From Chiloscyllium plagiosum (Eukaryota): a stretch of DNA of 64,000 nt. The DNA is taken from contig NC_057711.1 of the NCBI RefSeq assembly GCF_004010195.1, positions 77,028,685 through 77,092,684 on the forward strand, written 5' to 3'. Within the stretch, counting starts at the first letter, position 1. Every line of letters starts with the position of its first letter. The notes under the pieces are model-generated. The model was given only the letters and a program-made list of their open reading frames with translations. It was not told where the DNA came from and ran no database searches. Below are positions 38,738-48,112 of the stretch, in pieces. Position numbers and translations under genes: made by a program.

Positions 38738-40575
38738 ATACAGTCACACAGCATACAATCAGACCCTTCAGTTGAACTAGTCCATGCCAACCATGCTGTC
38801 AAAGTAAACTAGTCCCACCTGCATGTGTTTGGCCCATATCCCTCCAAACCTTTCCTATCCATATACTTATCCAATTTTTTTTTAAAAATATTGAAACTGT
38901 ACCTGCATCCACTGCTTCCTCTGACAGTTCATTCCACACATGACCCACTGTGTGTAATAAAAAGTTGCCTCTCTTGCCCTTTTTAAAACTCTCCTCTTAG
39001 AGTCATCGAGATGTACAACATGTAAACAGGCTCTTCAATCCAACTCATCCATGCTGTGCATGGATTCTATAAAAGTCTTGTCCCATTTGGCCCATATCCC
39101 TCTAAACCCTTCATATTCGTATACCCATCCAGATGCCTTTTAAATGTTATAATTGGACCAGCCTCCACCACGTCCTCTGGCAGCACATTCTACACATGCA
39201 CTACTCTCTGCATGAAAAAGATTCCCTTTAGGTCCCTTTTAAATCTTTCTCCTCTCACCTTAAACCTACGCCCTCTCGTTTTGGACTCCCCAACACCAGG
39301 GAAAAGTCCTTGGCTATTTACCCCAGCCATGCCCATCATGATTTTATAAACCTTTATAAGGTCACCCCTCAGCCTCTAATTCTCGAGCAAAAATAGCCCC
39401 AGCCTATTCAACCTCTCCCTATAGCTCAAATCCTCCAACCCTGGCAACATACTTGAAAGAATTCCAAAAGGATTTACAAGTTTCAAAACACCCTTCCATT
39501 AGAAGGGAGACCAGAATTGCATGCAATACTCGAAAAGTGACCTAACCAATGTCCTCTACAGCTGCAAGATGACCTCCTAACTCTTATACTCAAAGCACTG
39601 ACCAATAAAGGCAAGCATGCCTTCCTCACTTTGATATCTACCTGTGACACCACATTCCAGGAACGATGAATCTGCATTTCAAGGTTTCTTTGTTCAGCAA
39701 CACCTTACCATTAAGTCCAGGACCTTATCATTAAGTGTATAAGACCTTCCCTGATTTGCCTTTCCAAAATGTAGCACCTCCTATTTATTGAAATTAAACT
39801 CCATCTGCCACTCCTCGACCCGTTTGCCCATTTGATCAAGATCTCGTTGTACTCGGAGGTAACCTTCTTCGCTGTCCAGTACATCTCCAATTTTGGTGTC
39901 ATCTACAAACTTACTAACTATTCCTCCTATGTTCACATCCAAATCATTTACATAAATGACAAAAAACAGTGCACCCAGCACTGATCCTTGTGGCACACCA
40001 CTGCTCACTCACAGGCCTCCAATCCAAAAAGTATCCTCCACCACCATCCTTCTCTGTGACCCTTAGTTTTGAACTCCCCCACCTTACGGAAAAACCCATT
40101 GCTATTCACCTTATGTATGTCCCTCATGATTTTATAAACCTCTGTAAAGTCAACTCTCAAACTCCTATGCTCCAGTGAAAAAAAGTCCCAATCTATTCAG
40201 CCCATTTTTATAACTCTAAATCTCCATTCCTGGAAACATCCTATTAATTTTTTTCTGAACGTTCCCAAATTTTAGAAAATCCTTCCTACAGCAGGAATTC
40301 TCAGCTACCATCCTTCTTGTGGGTTTCCTCCGGGTGCTCCGGTTTCCTCCCACAGTCCAAAGATGTGCATGGTCAGGTGAATTGGCCATACTAAATTGCC
40401 CGTAGTGTTAGGTAAGGGGTAAATGTAGGGGTATGGGTGGGTTTCGCTTCGGCGGGTCGGTGTGGACTTGTTGGGCCGAAGGGCCTGTTTCCACACTGTA
40501 ATCTAATCTAATCTAAGCAGGGCAACCATAGCTGCACAGAGTACTCCAGAAGAGGCCTCAAAATTGCGTACAACC
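38738..40575 (-). mobile_element. Stack of minus-strand CR1 fragments
   Basis: SGVPQGSVLGALFFVIYVNDLD..SKFVDDTKIG (39781-40008) plus separate 3'-end copies at ~38740-38995, ~38997-39460 and ~40050-40570. Confidence 0.85.
40318..40516 (+). mobile_element. Young 5'-truncated HE1-like SINE
   Basis: Central domain plus tail ctgtaatctaatctaatcta, inserted in a CR1 fragment. Confidence 0.9.
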
Positions 40576-41031
40576 TCAATATGATCTTTTTGGGATTGTA
40601 CAATTGACCCCCCCAACAGTCAGAGGGAAATTGAGAAATAAATTTGTAAGGGAATCTCAGTTATTAATGAGTTTTGAGAAGATACCTGTATGAATAACTG
40701 GGTGGTTAAGGTAGGAGATTTTAACTTTCCAAACATTGACTGGGACTACCATTGTGTTATGGGTTTAGATGGAGAGGAATTTGTTAAGCGTGTACAAAAG
40801 AATTTTCTGAATCACCTCAATATGATCTTTTTGGGATTGTACAATTGACCCCCCCAACAGTCAGAGGGAAATTGAGAAATAAATTTGTAAGGGAATCTCA
40901 GTTATTAATGAGTTTTGAGAAGATTAAGGTAGGAGATTTTAACTTTCCAAACATTGACTGGGACTACCATTGTGTTATGGGTTTAGATAGAGAGGAATTT
41001 GTTAAGCGTGTACAAAATAATTTTCTGAATC
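40573..41031. repeat. Tandem duplication (241 bp + 218 bp)
   Basis: 40573-40813 is repeated at 40814-41031. The second copy lacks 23 nt and differs by a few substitutions. Confidence 0.9.
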
Positions 41032-41640
41032 AGTATGTGGATGCACCTACTAGAGAAGAGGTAAACTTGACCTCCTCTTGGGAAATAAGGCAGGGATAGT
41101 AACTAAAGTGTCAGTGGGGGAGTACTTTGGGGTTAGCAACCTTAATTCTATTAGTTCTAAAATGTGATGGAAAAGGATAGACCGATGTAAAAGTTAAAGT
41201 TCAACTTGGAGGAAGGCTAATTTTGACAGTATTAGACAAGAACTTTCAAAAGTTGATTGGGGGTGGATATTCGCAGATAAAGGGATGGCTGGAAAATGGG
41301 AAGCCTTCAAAAATGAAATCACGAGAGTCCAGAAGCAGTATGCTCCAGTTAGGGCAAAAGGCAAGGCGGGTAGGTGTAGAGAATGCAGGATGATTAGAGA
41401 AATTGAGGTTTTGGTTAAGAAAAAGAAAGAAGCATATGTCAGATATAGACAGCAGAGATCAGATGAATCTTTAAAAGAATATAAAGGCAAGAGAAGTATA
41501 CTTAAGGGGGAAATCAGGAGGGCAAAAGGGAGGGCACAAGATAGTTTTGGCAAATAGGTTTAAGGAGAATCCAAAGAGTTTTTGCAAATACATTAAGGAC
41601 ATTAAGGGTAATTAAGGAGAGAACAGGGCCCCTCAAAGAT

Positions 41641-42045
41641 CAGAGATGAAAGTGTGGTGCTGGAAAATCACAGCAGGGCAGGCAGCATCCGAGAAGCACG
41701 AGAATAGATGTTTCCTCATTTCCCCTCCCCACCTTGTCCCAGTTCCAACCTTCCAGCTCAGCACCACCCTCATGACCTGTCCTACCTGTCCATCTTCCCA
41801 CCTATCTGCTCCACCCTCCCCTCTGACCTATCACCATTACCACCACCTCCATCCACCTATCGCACTCTCAGTTACCTTCCCCCCACCCAGTCCCACCCCC
41901 TCGGCTCCCAGCCTTATTTATGATGAAAGGCTTTTGCCAGAAATGTTGATTCTCCTGCTCCTTGGATGCTGCCTGACCTGCTGTGCTTTTCCAACACCAC
42001 ACTCTCGACTCTAATCTCCAGCATTTGCAGTCCTCACTTTCGCCC
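41641..42045 (+). mobile_element. Short Penelope-derived element with inverted 5' partial terminal repeat
   Basis: 41648-41715 is an inverted copy of 41940-42003. Flanked by near-direct repeats gcccctcaaagat (41628-41640) and gcccttcaaagat (42042-42054). Confidence 0.8.
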
Positions 42046-42267
42046 TTCAAAGATTATCAATGCAGCCTCCGTGTGGAACCTCAGGAGTTGGAGCAAGATA
42101 CTAAAATGAGTATTTTGCATCAGTGTTTACTGTGGAGAAAGACATGGTAGATACAGAATGTGGGGAAATAGAGGTGACATCTTGAAAAGTGTCCAGATTT
42201 CAGAGGTGGTGGTGCTGGATGTCTTAAAATGCATAAAGGTGGATAAATCCCCAGGACCTGATCATAG

Positions 42268-42362
42268 GCAAATGGGTCTGGTGGGTTACTCTTCAGGGGG
42301 TCGGTGTGGACTGGTTGGGTCAAAGGGCCTGTTTCCACACTGTAGGGAATCTAATCTAATCT
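42268..42362 (+). mobile_element. HE1-like SINE 3' fragment
   Basis: gggtctggtgggttactcttc...ctgtagggaatctaatctaatc interrupts the CR1 DKSPGPD|QVYPR motif. Confidence 0.8.
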
Positions 42363-42671
42363 CAGGTGTACCCTAGAACTCTGTGGGAAGCTAGGGGAGA
42401 GATTACTGGGCCCCTTGCTGAGATATTTGTATCATCGATAGTCACAGGTGAGGTGCTGGTAGACTGGAGGTGGGATAACGTGGTGCCACTATTTAAGGAA
42501 GTTGGTAAGGAAAAGCCAGGGAACTACAGACTGGTGAGCCTGACATTGGTGGTAGTCAAGTAGTTGGAGGGAATCCTGAGGGACAGTATTTACATGTATT
42601 TGATTTTAGGCAAGGACTGATTATGGATAGACAATATGGCCATGCGTGGGAAATCATGTCTCTCAAATTAT

Positions 42672-42930
42672 ATGTTGCCAGGGTTGGAGGATTTGAGCTG
42701 TACGGGAGGTTGAATAGGCAGGGGTATGAAATGAGCTGCCAAAGGAAGTGGAGGAGGCTGGTACAATTGCAACATTTAAAAGGCATCTGGATAGGTATAT
42801 GAATAGGAAGGGTTTGGAGGGATATGGGCCAAGTGCTGGTAAGTGGGACTAGATTGGATCAGGTTATCTGGTCGGCATAAACAAGTTGGACTGCAGAGTC
42901 CGTTTCCGTGCTGTACATCTCTATGATTTT
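42672..42930 (+). mobile_element. CR1 3'-end fragment nested in the long CR1
   Basis: 3' tail sequence ending ctgtacatctctatgatt, inserted after the GKSCLSN motif. Confidence 0.75.
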
Positions 42931-43299
42931 AAGTAATGAAGAGGATTGTTGAAAGCACGGTGGTGGACATGATCTATACAGGCTTCAGTAAGGCGTTCAA
43001 CAAGGTTCCTCATGTTAGATTGGTTAGCAAGGTTAGATCACATGGAATACAGAGTCAACTAGCCATTTGGATACAGAACTGGCTCAAAGGTAGAAGGATT
43101 GCTTTTTAGACTGGAGGGCCTGTGATCAGTGGTCTGCCACAAGGATTGGTGTTGGGTCCACTGCTTTTCGTCATTTATATGAATGATTTGGATGTGAACT
43201 CAGGAGGTAGAGTAAGTAAGTTTGCAGATGACACCAAAACTGGAGGTGTAGTGAACAGTAAAGAAGATTACCTCTGAATACAATGGGATCTTGATCAAA

Positions 43300-43577
43300 T
43301 GGTGACTGTGTGTGGATTTTGCACATTCTCTCCGTGTCTGTGTGGGTTTCCTCTGGGTGCTCTGGTTTCCTCCCACAGTCCAAAGATGTGCAGGTTAGGT
43401 GAATTGGCTATGCTGAGTTGCCAATAGTGCTCAGGGATGTGTAGGATAGGTGCATTAGTCAGGGGTAAATGTAGAGTAAAAGGGTAAGGGGCTAGGTCTG
43501 GGAGGGTTATTCTTCGGAGGATTGGTGTGGATTTGTTGGGCTGAATGGCCTATTTCCATACTATAGGGATTCTATGA
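43300..43577 (+). mobile_element. HE1-like SINE (5'-truncated)
   Basis: Central domain and tail agggattctatgat; interrupts CR1 at DLDQM|GQ. Confidence 0.85.
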
Positions 43578-44429
43578 TGTGGGCCAATTGGCCGAGGAAT
43601 GGCGGATGGAGTTTAATTTAGATAAATGAGGGGTATTGCATTTTGGAAAGGCAAATCAGAGCAGAATTTATAACCTTAATGAAGGCCTTGGGGAGTGTTG
43701 CTGAACAAAGAGACCTTGGAGTGCAAGTTCATAATTCCTTGAAAGTGGAGTCTCAGATGGATAGGATAGTGAAGAAGGTGTTTAGTATGCTTTCCTTTAT
43801 TGGTCAGAGCATTGAGTATAGGAGTTGGGAGGTCATGTTGTGGCTGTACAGGACATTGGTTAGGCCGGTTAGGCCACTTTTGGAATACTGTGTGCAATTC
43901 TGGTCTCCCTCCTATCCTAAGGATGTTGTGAAACTTGAAAGGGTTCAGAAAAGATTTACAAGCATGTTGCCAAGGTGGAGTGTTGAGCAATAGACAGAGG
44001 CTGAATATGCTGAGCCTGTTTTCCTGAGCGTTGGAGGCTGAGGGGTGACCTTATAGAGGTTTATAAAATCTTGAGGGGCATGGATAGAGTAAATAGGCAA
44101 GTCTTTTCTCTGGAGTGGGGAGTCCAGAACTAGAGGGTACAGGTTTAGGGTGAGGGGGGAACGATTTAAAAGGGACCAAAGGGGCAACTTTCTCATGCAA
44201 AGGGTGGTGCATGTATGGAATTAGCTGCCAGAAGAAGTGGTGGAGGCTGGTACATTGAACTGTAACATTTAAAAGGCATCTGGATGGAGTATATGAGTAG
44301 GAAGGATTTAGAGGGATATGAGCCAAGTGCTGACAAATGGGACTAGATTGGGTTAGAATATCTGTTCGGCATAGACAAGTTGGTCTGAAGGATCTGTTTC
44401 CTTGCTGTACATTTCCATGATTCATGGTG

Positions 44430-44800
44430 ATCAGCAGGCGGTATCCTTGCCCATGTTTAACATGAAGCCATGAGACTTCTTGAGATCAGGAGTCAATGAT
44501 GAGCACTCCCATACCACCTTGCCATCACCTTTGTTGGGTCTGTCCTGCTGGTGGGTCAGGACATGTCCAGTGATGGTAATTGTGCTGTCTGGGACATGGT
44601 CTATGGAGAGATTCTGGGAGCAAAACCATGTCAAGCTGTTTCTTCACTAGTCTGTAAGCCAGCTCTCTCAATTTAGGCACTAGACCATGATGTTCGAAGG
44701 AATTTGCAGAGTTGACAAGGCTATCCTTTCTGGTGCCCAGGTCGATGCCAGGTCTTCTGTCTGGTATCATTTCTTTGTTGAAACTTAGTAACAAATGTTA
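44430..44800 (-). mobile_element. LINE APE-endonuclease N-terminal fragment (second CR1/L2-group family)
   Basis: GLVPKLRELAYRLVKKQLDMVLLPES..VPDSTITITGHVLTHQQDRPNKGDG resembles the APE N..GL / D...L.E / DR..RGGG motifs. Confidence 0.75.
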
Positions 44801-45390
44801 CAACTGAGTGGCTTGCTCGGCCATTTCAGGGAATAGTTGAGAGTCACATTGCTGTGCGTGCAGAGTCACATATTAGCCAGACCATGTGAGGATGGCAGAT
44901 TCCCTTCCCTGATGGACATTAGTGATGTTTTTTTTCAATAATGGAAGTGGTTTCATACTCATAAGTAGATTCTTAATGCCAGATTTATTTTTATTGAATT
45001 CAAATTCCACCATCTGTCATGACAGGATTTGAACCCATGTCCCAGAACATTGGCTAAATTTCTGGATTGATAGTCTAGTGCAGGGGTGGGGAACCTGCGG
45101 CCTTCTCGGCCATTGTGTGTGGTTTTTTGAATGAATCCAAATTTTGTAGAACAAATCTTTTATTTTTTTTTGGCCTTTATTATTTTTATTTTAATCTTAA
45201 AATGAATGTATTTAAAGTACCAGAGTGTAAAAGAAAATTAGTAGTTAGATTTTTACAAAATAATGTGAATTTTGAAGAATATATAATTGAAGTTTCTTGG
45301 ATGCGGCTTTATTAGATTACAACGAACATAATGCGGCCTTCCAACATGAAAAGGCTCCCCGCCTCTGGTCTAGTGATAATACTGCCACTC
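44800..45390 (-). mobile_element. Deu/SacSINE1-like head, interrupted by a hAT MITE
   Basis: Minus strand gtggcagtattatcactagac..gggttcaaatcc..gaatttgaattcaataaaaa..gggaagggaatctgccatcct matches the copies at 15285 and 25620. Confidence 0.75.
45081..45367. mobile_element. hAT (Charlie-like) MITE, 287 bp
   Basis: Imperfect terminal inverted repeats caggggtggggaacct / aggctccccgcctctg and a perfect 8-bp TSD gtctagtg (45073-45080, 45368-45375). Confidence 0.9.
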
Positions 45391-45845
45391 CATTGCAACT
45401 TTACAGTTCTCAAGTATCAGAAATAGTTCCATTCTCCATAATATCTGTAGGTCTGACTTGTCAGTTTCTTTCAATGCCTGGCCTTGGTGAAGGCTTGATG
45501 GCCCAAACTTCACTTATTCACACAACTGAGCTTAGATTTTCTGGACTTCAAATAATCCATTCAGATTTCTACTGAAAGTCTTCTGCTCTGGAATTTTCCA
45601 ACTAAAACCCCTGCCCTAAGGTCACCTAATTCCTTACCTTTTATAAATATTTCTTTCTTCCAGGAAAACTGTCCTCACATCTAAACTTACCAGTCTTCTC
45701 GGCACTGTCACCAAATACCTTCCAATCCAAAAAAAAATTCCTGATTCTTCTAAACCAAAAACAAGCTACACTCTTCAGCTGTAAAATTCTCACAATGCAA
45801 ACAATTTCCCATTATGACTAAATTAACAGCTATCTGGAGGGATTC

Positions 45846-45856
45846 AAGATGGCGGC
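45846..45856 (+). promoter_or_regulatory. YY1-type motif at the L1 5' end (putative internal promoter element)
   Basis: AAGATGGCGGC lies about 8 nt from the element start and matches the YY1 consensus. Confidence 0.6.
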
Positions 45857-46006
45857 AACCCAGTAGGTCTGCCCTGCTGAACTCTGCACCAGAACCCAGA
45901 CAAGTGGTACACTCACCATCCCACCCACTTTATTACCCAACATGGTAGAAACAGTTATTTTCTGACCCCTAGAATTGTTCAATGTTGGTTTAAAATAGTT
46001 AGGAAA

Positions 46007-46890
46007 ATGACCAAAGGGAAGGGACCGCGAGGACTGCAGCAAGCAAGGACCTCCCCAATACCCCCGCAACAACGGACACGCCCGTGGCTGCAGCGTTGGC
46101 CTCCACAATCACCCCATGGGACTTACCTATGGAGCCAAGCCTGATCTCAGAATTTGTGAAACTCCGAGAGGAGATTGATTCAGTGATGAAGGAGACCCAG
46201 GCCAGGCTTGAACCGATCTCGGTCATGCTGCAGAAGCATGACCAGGAGATCCAGCGTCACAGGGAGCGTGTCAAGGAGGTGGAGCAACAGGCCGCGGCCT
46301 CCGAAACCCCGGCAGAATCCTTGGGAGGTTAGGTCCAGGCCGTGGAATGGCGGGTACGAGTCTTGGAGGAGCAGGTCGACAACCTCGATTTTTGAGGTCG
46401 TTGGAGGAACATCTGTTTGGTAGGGCTTCCTGAATGGGAGAAGGAAGGCCAGCTCGTCAGCTTCTTGGAGCAATGGCTTCCATAGTTTCTGAAGCTGGAA
46501 GTCGAGGCAGGCTGTGTGCAGGTCGAGCGGACCCATCGGGTCACAGTGCACAGGCCCAGATTGGACCAGCACCCCCACCTGGTCCTAGTGCGACCCCAGC
46601 ATGACAGCGATAAGCAAATGATGCTGGAAGCACTGGGGAAGGTTCCACAGGCTCTGATATACAAAGGATCATGAATTATGCTTTTCCAAGACTTTTCTAC
46701 GTCATGATTTGCAAGAGCAAGGCATTTGATGAGGTAAAAAGATGGCTGAGGGACTTGAATATCCAATATTCTGTAAGATTTCCAGCAATATTATGTTTCA
46801 GCCATGATGGTCCGTGTTCAATTTTGACTCACCGGAAAAGGCAAAGGACTTCCTGGATGCTTTAAAATCGACTGGCTGGCTCAAATAATA
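46007..46890 (+). pseudogene. L1 ORF1 (coiled coil + RRM + CTD), disrupted
   Basis: Coiled-coil segment, DNLDF*GRWRNICLVGLPE, VERTHR, AFDEVKRWL..YSVRFPAIL; stops and frameshifts. Confidence 0.85.
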
Positions 46891-47896
46891 TGGACAATAA
46901 TGTTTATTTTGTTTTTCTCTGTAATTTGCCTGGTTTATCTGGTTGTCGGGGGGCTTTTGAAAAAATATATGTGGGGGTCATAATTGTTTTTTTTCTTTTT
47001 CTCTTTCTTCTCCCTTCTCTCTTCCCTCCAGTCATCCTTTGTTCTCTTTTTCCTGATCACCTCCTTTTGTTTTTCTCTTCTGATATGGGATGGGGGGGGG
47101 GAGCGTGGTTGGGGGAGGTGGGGGGAGGTTATATATTTCCATTCCACCCTGAGGGGTCCCTCAGGTTACGGTATGGATGGGACGAATGGAGTGCTCACTT
47201 TTAACTTTCTTGTTTTGAGATGTGTATCTTTTTTCTTACTTTGTGTTGTCGAGGGCGGGGGCACGGCTTTAGCTAGGAGGAGCCATGGAGGGGTTAGTGC
47301 CCCCTGTGGGCAAGGGGGAAAAATATCCTTTCATTTGTGTTATATGTTGGTATGTTGTAGAAGTAGCTGTTAGAAGTTTTGATTTGGTAGTTTTGGAAGT
47401 TGTATATTTAAGTTTATATGAACTGTTTATTGTTTTCACTCAGCGGGCTATGAGTGGGGTTCTTCCTCCCGGGGGGTCACGGACTGCTTCGGACAGCTAT
47501 GGATAGCCATTCATTTAAATGGTGCACCTGGAATGTTAAGGGGAGTCATTCACAAATTAAGAGAAAAAAATACTTTCAAGCCTTATAAAAGAGAGGGTCA
47601 ATGTAGCCTTGCTGCAAGAAACACATTTAACCGACAAGGAGCACTTGAAGGTGCAGCAGGGAGGGTTCGGACAGGTGTTTTTCTCATCCTTTAATTCGAA
47701 AAGTAGAAGAGTTGCTATACTCATTCGGAAGAATCTCCCATTTCAAATGTTAGATCAAATTAAGGATGAATATGGGTGGTTTATGATTCTTAAAGCTTTA
47801 ATACATGGAGAGGAGTATGGAATTTTGAATGTATATTGACCCCCGACACATCCTCTCAAATTTTTAACGGATGCGCTTTCCAGGTTGATGGCCCTT

Positions 47897-48112
47897 AGGT
47901 TGAAAAGTGTGGTGCTGGAAAAGCACAGCAGGGCAGGCAGCATCCGAGGAGCAGGAGAATCGATGTTTTGGCCATAAGCCCTTCTTCAAGAATGAGGCTT
48001 ATGCCCGAAACGTCGATTCTCCTGCTCATCGGATGCTGCCTGGCCTGCTGCGCCTTTCCAGCACCACACTTTTCAACTCTGGTCTCCAGCATCTGCAGTC
48101 CTCACTTTCTCC
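47897..48112 (+). mobile_element. Hairpin Penelope-derived mini-element inserted in L1 ORF2
   Basis: Inverted arms of about 80 bp (~47899-47980, ~47996-48077) and an 11-bp TSD tgatggccctt (47886-47896, 48113-48123). Confidence 0.88.

Larger units (their letters stand above)
40585..44428 (+). mobile_element. Long CR1 LINE ORF2 (APE endonuclease + RT + 3' tail), decayed and multiply interrupted
   Basis: VGDFNFPNIDW, QYVDAPTR, DKSPGPD, PGNYRLVSLT, FSKAFNKVPH, PQGLVLGPLLF, KFADDTK and LEYCVQFWSP motifs in order. Confidence 0.9.
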
